A stretch of DNA of 64,000 bases from Candidatus Latescibacterota bacterium (GCA_965206595.1 OZ242214.1:1984001-2048000), one strand, 5' to 3'. Positions 12,108 through 21,801 are shown, numbered from the stretch's first letter. Notes: a model not told the origin generated them from the sequence alone. Made by a program: numbers and translations.

Positions 12108-12302
12108 GGACACCGGGGACCGACACTCTGTTTCGTTGGTGCCATCCCCGCCTTGATCGGGGAGGCCATCCAACCGCATCTCTCTCCCGGAATCCAACAC
12201 CGACCAGTGCCTACTTCGAACCACTCCCCCGACGAAGTGTGAAATGGCGGTCCCGGACCCGGGAAAAACTCCCGCTTGCGGCCGCTTCCGATTTTCTCCT
12301 GC

Positions 12303-12331
12303 TTGACATTCCGCGCCTCCATTGCTATCCT
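12303..12331 (+). promoter_or_regulatory. Sigma70-type promoter upstream of the second ftsA
   Basis: TTGACA-N17-TATCCT with extended TG. Confidence 0.65.
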
Positions 12332-12569
12332 GAACGAAGTCGCGACATACTCAGGAAGGCCGCGGAAAATCCCCCTTTCCTCGGCATCTTTTTCCCTCCT
12401 GTCGCGATCTCCTCCCGATTCCTCCGGGGTTCTTCCCCGCCTCAACCAGTCAAGCTTGGGCTTAACCAATCGCCTTGGCAGAGGTTGGATTCCGGCTTCC
12501 CAGTCGCGTTCTCAAGGTCGAACTAGATTATTCACTGCCGGTTCACCCCGGCCGCGTAGAACATCGCTC

Positions 12570-13787
12570 ATGGGATCTCCTGTAGTAGTGCTCGACATCG
12601 GTGCCTCCAAGGTTCAGTGCCTGGTGGGTGAGGCGGTCGATGAGATCGGGCTCAAAATAACCGGTACTGGATCTTGCCCCTGTGAAGGCATCCGCCGGAC
12701 CGTCGTCATCGACATGCCGAAAATGGTTGAGGCGGTCCGCTCCGCCGTACGGGAGGCCGAGCGTTCCGCCGGCCTCAAGATCGTCGGCGCCTACGTCGGC
12801 GTGGCCGGGGAGGATATTGAAACCCACATCAATCGCGGCGCCGTTGCCATTTCCGGAAGCTCCAACCCCATCGACGAAAACGACGTTCAGAGAGCCTTAG
12901 CGGCCGCGGAAGAGGCCTCCTCTCCCCCGGGAAGCGCGACGGTTCTGCACAGGTTCGTGCAGGGCTACGCTTTGGACGGAGAGCCCGTGCAGAATCCGCT
13001 CTGGCTCCACGGCAGCCGCCTCGAGGTGGAAACGCTCAGCGCAACCGCCCCCGCGCACGTCTGCACGACGTTGCGGCGCGCCGTTTCCCAAGCTGGCGTC
13101 GACATCGCCGGCTTCATCTTGGAAGCAGTCGCCGTGGGTTCGGCTCTGCTCTCGGTGGACGAAAAGGAAATGGGAGTCGGCATCCTCGACATCGGCGCGG
13201 GAACTTCCGACCTGTCGATATATCGCGGATCGCTCAGGTATCTCGCTGAAATCCCCTTCGGAGGAGAGGACATTACCAAAGATCTCTCCGTCGTTCTCAA
13301 CATGTCCCCGCGAGAAGCGGAAAGATTGAAGCGCGAAGAGGGTTGCGTCCGCTGCCCGGCCGAGTCGGCCGACGAAGCGGTTTCATTCAGCACCACCGCA
13401 GGACGGCCGCATACCCTGGTCAGACATCAGCTCAGCGCCGTCATCGAAGCGCGCCAGCAGGAGATACTGGAGTTCGCAGCAAAGGAGATCAAGCATTCCC
13501 AGCAGGGTCATCTTATCTCCGCGGGCATGGTTCTGACAGGAGGTGGTGCCCAGCTGGGCAACCTCGACCAGCTGGGGGAGGAGGTTCTCGGGATGCCGGT
13601 CCGGATCGGTTCGCCCCAGGATGTCGTGGCCCTGGAAGCCTCGGACCCCACCTTCTCTACCGCCGTAGGATTGCTGCGTTTCGCCACCGAGCAGCACGAT
13701 TCACCGGGCAGTATTCTGCCCGCCGGTTCTGGCCGCCGGGGCGGATTTTTCAGGCGCCTCACCAGGATATTCAGCTTCGCCATTTAG
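12570..13787 (+). CDS. ftsA: Cell division protein FtsA, second (non-dcw) paralog
   Basis: LDIGASK, SHS2 insert, LDIGAGTSD, GGEDITKDL, IEARQQEI, VLTGGGAQL, C-terminal amphipathic helix GGFFRRLTRIF. Confidence 0.88.
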   Translation: MGSPVVVLDIGASKVQCLVGEAVDEIGLKITGTGSCPCEGIRRTVVIDMPKMVEAVRSAVREAERSAGLKIVGAYVGVAGEDIETHINRGAVAISGSSNPIDENDVQRALAAAEEASSPPGSATVLHRFVQGYALDGEPVQNPLWLHGSRLEVETLSATAPAHVCTTLRRAVSQAGVDIAGFILEAVAVGSALLSVDEKEMGVGILDIGAGTSDLSIYRGSLRYLAEIPFGGEDITKDLSVVLNMSPREAERLKREEGCVRCPAESADEAVSFSTTAGRPHTLVRHQLSAVIEARQQEILEFAAKEIKHSQQGHLISAGMVLTGGGAQLGNLDQLGEEVLGMPVRIGSPQDVVALEASDPTFSTAVGLLRFATEQHDSPGSILPAGSGRRGGFFRRLTRIFSFAI

Positions 13788-13901
13788 ATTACCGCGAGTT
13801 GCTGGATACGAAGCTTGGCTTCTGTCCCTTCGTTGACAGAATCCGGGGAGCCTTTGAATATTGATTCTCTCGTAAAAACCCTACGTCCCCAGAATGCCCG
13901 G

Positions 13902-13927
13902 TTTTATACAACATTTTTATACAACAT
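13902..13927. repeat. 13-bp tandem duplication TTTTATACAACAT x2
   Basis: Read directly; overlaps the first NrdR-like box. Confidence 0.9.
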
Positions 13928-13967
13928 ATAGTGTATGCCTTGTCTTAGTTGGCCAATATATAGTGGC
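13920..13967. promoter_or_regulatory. Tandem NrdR-box-like operators
   Basis: CAACATATAGTG (13922) and CAATATATAGTG (13954), 32 bp apart, matching consensus acaCwAtATaTwGtg; box 2 overlaps a possible TTGGCC-N17-TAGTGT promoter. Confidence 0.65.
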
Positions 13968-14067
13968 GCTCTAGTGTGCTGAATCGCTGAACATCCTGAA
14001 AATGGGGTTAATACGAAGGAGTCAATATTGATTGTCGCCTCTCCGGGGCGGCGTCGAGCCATCGACT

Positions 14068-14143
14068 GCCACCCTAGCTCAGTTGGTAGAGCAACTCACT
14101 CGTAATGAGTAGGTCGCCGGTTCGAGTCCGGCGGGTGGCTCCA
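14068..14143 (+). tRNA. tRNA-Thr(CGT)
   Basis: GCCACCC/GGGTGGC acceptor stem, anticodon arm ACTCA-CTCGTAA-TGAGT, TTCGAGT T-loop, encoded CCA. Confidence 0.97.
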
Positions 14144-14154
14144 ATAATGAGAAC

Positions 14155-14188
14155 AGGCACCTGACGAACAGCGTTCAGGTGCTTTTTT
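14155..14188 (+). terminator. Intrinsic terminator after tRNA-Thr
   Basis: GCACCTGA/TCAGGTGC stem followed by T6. Confidence 0.8.
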
Positions 14189-14299
14189 CATGGTGGCTTT
14201 GTGCTGGTTGAACGGTAGTGACTGCATGCACTCCGAAACTCTCCCAGAATCCCAAATCAAGCCAGGATCTCCGAATCTCCCTCAGGAAGATGAGGGGAG

Positions 14300-14713
14300 A
14301 TGACGGCCTCGGACCTTCCGGATCTCAATGCCGGCCTCAATGCCCTCAGCGCCCTGTTTCTCGGGCTGGGGTATTTCCAGATCCGACGCCGCCGGCCCCG
14401 CCGGCACATGCGCGCCATGCTGGCGGCCCTGTTCACCTCGGCTCTTTTCCTGTTCTCCTATCTCTTCTACCACTGGACCGTCGGGTCCGTACCTTATCCC
14501 CACCAAGGCTGGACCCGCTGGCTCTATTTCGCCGTCCTGGTACCACACGCGATCCTCGCCATGGTCATGGTGCCTTTCATCCTTCTGTCACTGTGGCACG
14601 CATACCGGGGGCAGTTTGGGCGTCACGCGCGGATCACCCGATGGATCTTGCCCGTCTGGATGTACGTGTCCCTCAGCGGCGTGGTCGTGTACGTGATGCT
14701 CTACAAAATGTAG
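14300..14713 (+). CDS. DUF420 (YozB-like) membrane protein
   Basis: LPDLNAGLN, HMRAM, FLFSYLFYH, HAILA, HARITRW...WMYVSLSGVVVY. Confidence 0.88.
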   Translation: MTASDLPDLNAGLNALSALFLGLGYFQIRRRRPRRHMRAMLAALFTSALFLFSYLFYHWTVGSVPYPHQGWTRWLYFAVLVPHAILAMVMVPFILLSLWHAYRGQFGRHARITRWILPVWMYVSLSGVVVYVMLYKM

Positions 14714-14781
14714 CTGACGACTGTCCCGGGGGCCGGTGGCCTGCGGGCGGAACCCGGCACCTCCGCCGGGACGGCCATTTC

Positions 14782-14810
14782 TTGACATCGATTCGGAGCT
14801 CCGGTACACT
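14782..14810 (+). promoter_or_regulatory. Sigma70-type promoter for mltG-uvrD
   Basis: TTGACA-N17-TACACT. Confidence 0.65.
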
Positions 14811-14899
14811 CGAATCGTCCCCGCATCGATCGATGCTATTCTTCGCGATCATTCTGATTCACCCCTTGAAAACGACTTCACCGTGACCCCCACCTCTCC

Positions 14900-15940
14900 A
14901 TGAGTAGGTCTTCGAGGCTGATCCTCGGTGCACTGGTGGCGGCCGCGGTTGCCGCTGCATCCGCCCTCACGGCCGCGGCCTCGTGGCTGAACCGGCCCAC
15001 CGGAGTCGGCGAGCAGATGGTCCGCATCGACAAGGGGATGAACGCCCGCCAAATAGGCGATCTCCTCGAGGAACGCGGGTTGGTGCGCAGCGCCTGGGTC
15101 TTTTCTTGGAACGCGCGGCTGCGCGGGCTTGGCCGCCAGCTCGAAGCCGGCCGCTACTCTCTCTCCGGCGCCATGAGCAGCAGCGAGATCCTTGACGGCC
15201 TTCGTAAGGCGCCCTTGGAAATGGATCGCGTGACCGTCCCCGAAGGCCTGACCTTGAGCGAAACCGCGGCCCTGCTTCAGAAGCGGGGGTTTGCGGATTC
15301 CGCCCGTTTCGTCACCCTGGCCACCAATCTGGAAACGGTCCGGAGGCACGGGGTCGAGGCAGCGAGCCTCGAGGGGTACCTGTTTCCGGAAACCTATTTC
15401 TTCGACAAAGGGGTATCGGAGAAGGAGATCATAGATCGCATGGTCTCGGAGTTTTTCACCCTTGTCGACGCCCCTTGGATGGCGCGCCTCGACTCTCTCG
15501 AAATGTCGCTGCACGAAGCGGTCACCCTGGCTTCGATCATCGAGGGCGAAGCCAGGTTGGACAGCGAACGCACCATCATTTCGTCGATCTTCCACCGCCG
15601 CCTAAAACTGCGGCGCCGGCTCGAATCGTGCGCCACCGTTGAATACGCTCTGGGCTTTCACAAGGAAAGGCTGAACAACGAGGACCTGCAGGTGAAATCG
15701 CCGTTCAACACCTACCTCCACCAGGGCTTGCCTCCCGGACCGATCGGAAATCCTGGAAGGACTTCGCTGAGGGCGACCCTGTATCCCGCCGACACCGACT
15801 ATCTGTATTTCGTGGCGCGCGGCGGCGGCACCCATTCCTTCAGTCGCACCCACAGGGAGCACCAAGCCGTCAAGCGGGCCATCCGGCGCGAGAAGCGCCA
15901 GCGCCGAAAGCCGGGGATAGCCGCGGCGATGGCGCCTTGA
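14900..15940 (+). CDS. mltG: Endolytic transglycosylase MltG (YceG)
   Basis: N-terminal TM, VTVPEG, LEGYLFPETY, LASIIEGE, SPFNTY..GLPPGPIGNPG, YLYFVA. Confidence 0.95.
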   Translation: MSRSSRLILGALVAAAVAAASALTAAASWLNRPTGVGEQMVRIDKGMNARQIGDLLEERGLVRSAWVFSWNARLRGLGRQLEAGRYSLSGAMSSSEILDGLRKAPLEMDRVTVPEGLTLSETAALLQKRGFADSARFVTLATNLETVRRHGVEAASLEGYLFPETYFFDKGVSEKEIIDRMVSEFFTLVDAPWMARLDSLEMSLHEAVTLASIIEGEARLDSERTIISSIFHRRLKLRRRLESCATVEYALGFHKERLNNEDLQVKSPFNTYLHQGLPPGPIGNPGRTSLRATLYPADTDYLYFVARGGGTHSFSRTHREHQAVKRAIRREKRQRRKPGIAAAMAP

Positions 15941-18270
15941 CAGCGTTCTCCCCGACCGTGAATCCGATCACCGACCTCAACCCCGCCCAACGGGAAGCGG
16001 TTCAGTGCACCCAGGGACCGCTCCTCGTTCTCGCCGGCGCCGGCTCCGGCAAAACCAGGGTGCTTACATGCCGCATCGCCCATCTCATCGACGCCGCCGG
16101 AGTCCCGCCTTGGAACATCCTCGCCGTGACCTTCACCAACAAAGCGGCCGGGGAGATGCGGGAGCGCATCGAGGGACTGGTCGGCAGCGACAGTGCCGGC
16201 ATCTGGATGGGCACTTTCCACTCGGTCTGCGCGCGCGTCCTGCGCTACGAGGCGCGGGCCTTCGGACTGGATTCGTCGTTCACCATTTACGACGAGGAGG
16301 ACCGCCGCCTCCTAATCCGCAAAATCCTGGCGGACCTCGAGGTCGACGAACAGGAGCTTTCGTGGCGCGCTGCGGCCGGCCGCATATCGCGCGCAAAGAA
16401 CGGAATGGCGGACGCCGAGACTTTCAGGGGACAGATCACCTCTTCCAGCCCGCCCCAGAACCGGATCACCGCCGACGTTTTCGAGCGCTACGAGTCGGAA
16501 CTGGGGCAAAACAACGCCTTCGATTTCGACGATCTCATCTGTGAACCGGTGAGGCGGTTCCAGCAGCACCCGGAGGTGCTCGAAAAATACCGCAATCGCT
16601 TCCGCTACATCCTGATCGACGAGTACCAGGACACCAATCGTCCGCAGTACTTGCTATCCAGGCTACTGGCCCAAGACCACCGCAACATCTGCTGTGTCGG
16701 CGATGACGATCAGTCGATCTACCAGTTCCGCGGCGCCGACATACGAAACATCCTCGACTTCGAACGAGACTACCCCGAGGCCACTGTCGTTCGCCTCGAG
16801 CAGAACTACCGCTCGACAAAGCGCATTCTCGAAGCGGCGAACGCAGTCATCCGGAACAATCTCGACCGCAAGGGGAAAAGCCTCTGGACGCATGGGGAGG
16901 AAGGGGACCCGCTGCGCGTCGGAGACTGCGGCGACGATCGCACTGAAGCGCGTCATATCGTCGCCACGATCACCGAAACCTGTCGGAAGCAAGGTCTGTC
17001 CCTGAGCGAAGCGGCAGTGCTGTACCGGACCAATGCGCAGTCACGGGCACTCGAGGAGGAGTTGCAGCGAGGGGGGATTCCGTATGTGATAGTCGGCGGC
17101 ATCCGCTTCTACGAACGCAGGGAAATCAAGAATCTCCTCGCCTATTTCAGGCTGCTGGCGAATCCGGCCGATGACGTTAGCTTGCTGCGGATCATCAACG
17201 TGCCCAAACGCGGAATCGGCGCGGCCACGGTAGGACGCCTGCGTGAGTTCGCCGCCCGGCACCGGATCGGGCTCCTGCAGGCGGTGGTGGAGGAGGAGAA
17301 AACCATCCCCGGCCTGAGCGCACGCGCTGCAAACTGCCTCGAGCGTTTCGCCGGCACCCTCCGCGGCCTGCGCCGCGAGTACGAGCGCATCGAGCTGCCG
17401 GAACTCGCCGAGCAGGTGCTGGTGCGGACCGGGTATCTCGACGCCCTCCGCGACGACCCTTCGGTGGAAGCCAGATCCCGCGAGGAGAACATCGACCAGC
17501 TGTTGGCGAGAATCGCCGAGTTCCACGAATCCGGGCCGGCGGAATCGAGCGGTTCCGACGAAAGGCTCGGTCTCGAGGGTTTTCTGGAAGAGGTGGCTCT
17601 GATGTCGCCTGTCGACGAGGCAGGGACCGAAACGGATTCCGTCACCCTGATGACCCTGCACATGGCCAAGGGGCTCGAGTTCCCCCTGATCGTGATCGCC
17701 GGCATGGAGGAAGGGCTTTTTCCGACAGCGCGGGCCATCCAGGAGAGCCGCAATGGTGGGGCCGAGATCGAAGAGGAGCGCCGCCTGTTCTATGTCGGCA
17801 TCACCCGGGCGCAGCGCTTCCTGACGCTGACCTTCGCGCGCTGGCGCTACTCCTTCGGCTCCCTCAGCCCGACCGAGCCCTCCCGGTTTCTCGAGGAGAT
17901 TCCGCAGAACCTGGTAGAGGTGGAGGAGGTCTCGCACCGCGAAGGGATTGGTTTCGCCGCCGCGCAAAGACGCGCCGACGCCGACCGCAGGAACGCCACC
18001 TTGCGGACACGGCGAATCCCTGCCCCGGAGCCCAAGGCGGCCGTGAAAAAAGGCATCCACTATGAACTCGACGAAGAGCAGGGGCCCGCGGCCGGGGACT
18101 CCGGCAACGACCTGCTCGCCGTCGGACGCTGGGTCCGGCACCCCGCCTTCGGCCGCGGCGAGATCGTCGACCGCGAGGGCAGCGGCGAGGATCTCAAGCT
18201 GTCGATCCGCTTCGGCTCATCGCGACCGAAGAAAATAGTAGTAGCGTACGTCCAGCTGAAGCCCGCCTAG
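15937..18270 (+). CDS. uvrD: ATP-dependent DNA helicase UvrD/PcrA
   Basis: AGAGSGKT, TFTNKAA, IDEYQDTN, VGDDDQSIY, LEQNYRST, TLHMAKGLEF, EERRLFYVGITRA, C-terminal Tudor-like domain. Confidence 0.95.
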   Translation: MTAFSPTVNPITDLNPAQREAVQCTQGPLLVLAGAGSGKTRVLTCRIAHLIDAAGVPPWNILAVTFTNKAAGEMRERIEGLVGSDSAGIWMGTFHSVCARVLRYEARAFGLDSSFTIYDEEDRRLLIRKILADLEVDEQELSWRAAAGRISRAKNGMADAETFRGQITSSSPPQNRITADVFERYESELGQNNAFDFDDLICEPVRRFQQHPEVLEKYRNRFRYILIDEYQDTNRPQYLLSRLLAQDHRNICCVGDDDQSIYQFRGADIRNILDFERDYPEATVVRLEQNYRSTKRILEAANAVIRNNLDRKGKSLWTHGEEGDPLRVGDCGDDRTEARHIVATITETCRKQGLSLSEAAVLYRTNAQSRALEEELQRGGIPYVIVGGIRFYERREIKNLLAYFRLLANPADDVSLLRIINVPKRGIGAATVGRLREFAARHRIGLLQAVVEEEKTIPGLSARAANCLERFAGTLRGLRREYERIELPELAEQVLVRTGYLDALRDDPSVEARSREENIDQLLARIAEFHESGPAESSGSDERLGLEGFLEEVALMSPVDEAGTETDSVTLMTLHMAKGLEFPLIVIAGMEEGLFPTARAIQESRNGGAEIEEERRLFYVGITRAQRFLTLTFARWRYSFGSLSPTEPSRFLEEIPQNLVEVEEVSHREGIGFAAAQRRADADRRNATLRTRRIPAPEPKAAVKKGIHYELDEEQGPAAGDSGNDLLAVGRWVRHPAFGRGEIVDREGSGEDLKLSIRFGSSRPKKIVVAYVQLKPA

Positions 18271-18429
18271 AGCCTCCACTCGACTTTTCCGTGAAGGCGA
18301 AATCGCGTCTGTATCTCGGAGGGGGATAAATCTGCGTACTCCTCAATCCGGTCTCCGCGGCTGGAAGGAGTCTGATTTTGCCACATTGAGCCACCCCGCT
18401 TAGGTTTGCTAATTGATTAAATCAGAACC

Positions 18430-19815
18430 TTGGAGCAACTAGTGGGAGCGGCGGACCGCGGCCTTGACCAACCCCTTCGGGTTTCCTTTACAAACGTCGG
18501 CTGCAAGCTGAACCAGCATGAGCTGGAGACGCTGCAGAACGGTTTCGACCGCCGCGGCCATACCGTGGTCGGGGACGGGGAGGCGGATGTCTGCGTGGTC
18601 AACACCTGCACCGTGACCGGCTCGGGGGACGCCGATTCCCGCAAGGCCGTCCGCCGGGCCCGGCGCAGGAACCCGGGGGCCACGGTAGTGGCTACCGGCT
18701 GCTACGCACAGCGGCGCCCGCAGGAACTCGCTGCAGCGGGGGCTCACCTCGTTCTCGGCAACGACCGCAAGGCCGACCTGCTGGAGCTTGTCGAGGGCTA
18801 CCTCGCCGGAGAGGAGTTGCCCCCGGCACCGGTGGGAGCCCCCGTCGGCCGCTTCCTCGAAATCGAGGGAGCCGTAACCCGGGGCCGCACCCGCGGCACC
18901 CTGAAGATCCAGGACGGCTGCGACGAGCACTGCACCTACTGCATAATCCCGACAGTGCGCGGAAAGGGGATAAGCAGGCCCACGGGAGAAGTGGTCCGTC
19001 AGGCGAGAAAAATGGTGGAGGCCGGGTACCGCGAAATCGCTATCACCGGTGTTCACACCGGCAGCTACGGCGGCGGCAGCAGCCTGCCAAGCACTCTCGT
19101 GCCCCTGCTGAAGGAACTCGACGGCATCGACGGCCTGGAGCGCATCCGCCTCAACTCGGTGGAGCCTGCCTACGTCAGTGAAGCGCTGATAGACCACGCC
19201 GCTACTTCGGCGAAGTTCTGTCGCCATTTCCACATTCCCCTGCAGAGCGGCGACGATTTCGTCCTGCGCCGCATGGGCCGCCGCTATCGGCGCAGCGACT
19301 ACGCCGCCACGATCGAACGCATTCACTCGGTGATCCCGGATTGCGCCATAGGGGCCGACGTCATGGTCGGATTTCCTGGGGAGGAGCGAGTCCACTTCGA
19401 AAACACCTGCTCGCTCCTACGCGACCTTCCGGTCTCCTACCTGCACGTGTTCCCGTACTCCTTGCGCAGCGAAACACCAGCGGAGCGGCTGGCGGGACAC
19501 GTGAACCGTCGCGAAAAGGCGGAGCGGGCGCGGGAGCTGATCGATCTCGGAAACGGGAAGCGGATGCGCTTCCACCGCCGTCTCGTCGGCCGCCGGGTCT
19601 ATCCGCTCGTGGAGGACCGACGCGACCGCGTCAGCGGACTTCCACTCGGGCTGACCGACAACTACGTCAAGGTGGCCATCGACTCCAGCCGCGATCTTGC
19701 CCGGGGCAACATCGACTCCAGCCGCGATCTTGCCCCGGGCAACATCGTCGCCGCCGACGTCACCCGAGCGCGGGAGGACATGGTGTACGGGGCGGTCGCC
19801 GGGATACGGTCATGA
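18430..19815 (+). CDS. mtaB: tRNA t6A37 methylthiotransferase MtaB
   Basis: GCKLNQHE, NTCTVT, TGCYAQ, KIQDGCDEHCTYC, HFHIPLQSG, LHVFPYS. Confidence 0.93.
   Translation: MEQLVGAADRGLDQPLRVSFTNVGCKLNQHELETLQNGFDRRGHTVVGDGEADVCVVNTCTVTGSGDADSRKAVRRARRRNPGATVVATGCYAQRRPQELAAAGAHLVLGNDRKADLLELVEGYLAGEELPPAPVGAPVGRFLEIEGAVTRGRTRGTLKIQDGCDEHCTYCIIPTVRGKGISRPTGEVVRQARKMVEAGYREIAITGVHTGSYGGGSSLPSTLVPLLKELDGIDGLERIRLNSVEPAYVSEALIDHAATSAKFCRHFHIPLQSGDDFVLRRMGRRYRRSDYAATIERIHSVIPDCAIGADVMVGFPGEERVHFENTCSLLRDLPVSYLHVFPYSLRSETPAERLAGHVNRREKAERARELIDLGNGKRMRFHRRLVGRRVYPLVEDRRDRVSGLPLGLTDNYVKVAIDSSRDLARGNIDSSRDLAPGNIVAADVTRAREDMVYGAVAGIRS
19678..19743 (+). repeat. 33-bp in-frame tandem duplication in mtaB
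   Basis: ATCGACTCCAGCCGCGATCTTGCCC(G/C)GGGCAAC x2, encoding IDSSRDLARGN/IDSSRDLAPGN. Confidence 0.9.
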
Positions 19816-21230
19816 GCGCTTCAACGGCCACACCGGAACGGCTGATCCCCCCGCAGGAGATTCTCCACGAGTCTGTCGGCCCCGCTGCCAACGTTGCTCT
19901 TGCCCCTGCGACGGGCCGCAGCGCCTACATCGAGACCTACGGCTGCCAGATGAACGTCGCCGATACCGAGTTGGTTGCGACCATCCTCGGCGACGCCGGA
20001 TACAGGGTTTGTGATCGACCCGAGCAGGCCGACGTAATCCTGATCAACACCTGCGCAGTGCGAGAACACGCCGAGGAGCGGGTGATCGGAAGGGCCTCCC
20101 AGCTCAGCGGCCTGCGGGCACAGCGGGCAGGCCTGACGCTCGGAATCCTCGGATGCATGGCTCAACACCTCTCCAAGAGTCTGCCTCGGCGGGCCCCGTT
20201 CGTCGATCTGGTCGTCGGTCCGGATTCGTACCAGCGCCTTCCCGAAATACTCGCCCAGACCTCCGACGAAACGCTGCTCGACGTGCGTCTGAGCCGAAGC
20301 GAAAACTACGCCGGCCTCAATCCGACCCGGAGTTCGGGAACCAACGCCTGGGTGACGATCATCCGCGGCTGCGACAAGTTCTGCACCTTCTGCATCGTTC
20401 CCTACGTGCGCGGCAGGGAGCGCAGCCTCGAAGCCGCGGAAGTTCTAAGGCAGGTGCGCCGCATCGCCGCGGAGGGGTTCCGGCAGGTCACCCTTCTGGG
20501 GCAGACGGTCAACTCCTACCGGGACGACTCCGGTGTGGATTTCGCCGACCTGCTGCGATCGGTGGCCGCTGTCGAGGGCATCGAACGCATCCGCTTCACC
20601 TCCCCCTACCCCGTCGATTTCGACGACCGCACCATCGAGGCGATGGCAACCGTTCCGGAAATCTGCCCCTCCCTGCACCTCCCTGTGCAGAGCGCCAGCG
20701 ACCGCCTGCTCGGGCTGATGAAGCGCGGCTACACGATTTCCCAGTACCGCGACCTCGTCGGCCTCTTGCGCGAGGCGGTCCCCGGCCTTTCCCTGACTAC
20801 GGACGTCATCGTCGGTTTCTGTTCGGAGACCGAGGGCGAGTTCGAGCAGACCTGCGACCTGATGAAGGAGATCCGCTACGACTCGGCTTTCATGTTCAAG
20901 TACTCCGAGCGCCCGGGAACGGCCGCCCACCGCCGCATTCCGGACGACGTGCCGGAGCAGGTGAAGGCCGAGCGGCTGCAGGAGGTAATCCGGCTGCAGG
21001 AACGGATCTCGGGGGAAATCAACGAGGCCGCGGTCGGCCGCACTGTCGAGGTGCTGGTCGAAGGGCCCAGCAGGCGCAGTGCAAAATCGGGAACCCCCTG
21101 CAACTACGGGCGCTCCTCGCAGGGCAAGACCGTGGTTTTTCCGGAAGCAGCGGAGCCCAACTCCCTGATAGAGGTCCGCGTCGACCGGGTGACGTCCCAC
21201 ACCCTCTACGGAACTCAGATCGAGATCTGA
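19812..21230 (+). CDS. miaB: tRNA i6A37 methylthiotransferase MiaB
   Basis: TYGCQMNVAD, NTCAVRE, GCMAQ, GCDKFCTFCIVPY, LLGQTVN, FKYSERPGT, TRAM domain; ATGA overlap with mtaB. Confidence 0.95.
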   Translation: MSASTATPERLIPPQEILHESVGPAANVALAPATGRSAYIETYGCQMNVADTELVATILGDAGYRVCDRPEQADVILINTCAVREHAEERVIGRASQLSGLRAQRAGLTLGILGCMAQHLSKSLPRRAPFVDLVVGPDSYQRLPEILAQTSDETLLDVRLSRSENYAGLNPTRSSGTNAWVTIIRGCDKFCTFCIVPYVRGRERSLEAAEVLRQVRRIAAEGFRQVTLLGQTVNSYRDDSGVDFADLLRSVAAVEGIERIRFTSPYPVDFDDRTIEAMATVPEICPSLHLPVQSASDRLLGLMKRGYTISQYRDLVGLLREAVPGLSLTTDVIVGFCSETEGEFEQTCDLMKEIRYDSAFMFKYSERPGTAAHRRIPDDVPEQVKAERLQEVIRLQERISGEINEAAVGRTVEVLVEGPSRRSAKSGTPCNYGRSSQGKTVVFPEAAEPNSLIEVRVDRVTSHTLYGTQIEI

Positions 21231-21242
21231 ACCCGGGGCTCC

Positions 21243-21790
21243 CTACAGGCCGTCGGCGAGCTCTTCCGTCCATTGCCCGTCCTCCCCTTCTTCCCACTCC
21301 TCGTCGCTGACATCCCCCCCGTTCCCACTCCGCGAACGCAGTACGATCGGTACTCGCAGTGGCGGCATTTGCGCCTGTCCTCGGTGCGCGGAAACCCCTC
21401 CGGTTCCCCTTTCTCGGCAAGGGACGCGATCTCCGCGATCGTCCTCTGCAGGCGGTCCCCCGCTTCCGCGTGCAGGGCTTCGGAGTAGCGGATCGGCTCT
21501 AGGGGGTCGGGGAACCCGGCGTGCCAGTACTGGAGATCGAGGCGCCCGGGACGATGGTCCTGCACCCGCTCCGTCAACCAAGGCGCGCCCCGTTTCGGTG
21601 AAGACGTAGCAGTACACTGCGGTTTGCCAGCTTCGCTGCAGCTCAGCCCCCAGCACCGGGTCGCCGCGGGCGGCCAGCTGATCGACAGGTAGCGCCGGGC
21701 GCGGGTGATGCCGACGTAGAGCAGCCGCAGGCATTCGGCGATCAACTCGACATGGCCGTCTCTCGTTGCCTCCGCACCGGTCAAGGTCGT
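21243..21790 (-). pseudogene. Relic of a UvrD-like helicase C-terminus joined to a PD-(D/E)XK nuclease C-terminus
   Basis: ECLRLLYVGITRARRYL (helicase motif VI) abuts WQTAVY / LQYWHA / FPRTEDRRKCRHCEYRSYC in shifting frames; no start codon or catalytic core. Confidence 0.7.
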
Positions 21791-21801
21791 CCGCGACGAT
21801 G

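Noticed and set aside
13860-14030. AT-rich patch with 13-mers as oriC
   Set aside because: TTATACAAC is a poor DnaA box, there is no box cluster and no dnaA/dnaN context; NrdR-like boxes explain it better
14068-14143. tRNA-Thr or tRNA-Ala as an integration site of a genomic island
   Set aside because: No integrase, and no duplicated tRNA 3' end noticed in the window
19341-19811. Long N-terminal extensions in the ORF track (miaB, murE, murC, ftsA2, ssb2, Wzi-like)
   Set aside because: They overlap upstream genes or are low-complexity; internal starts with RBS or ATGA coupling fit better
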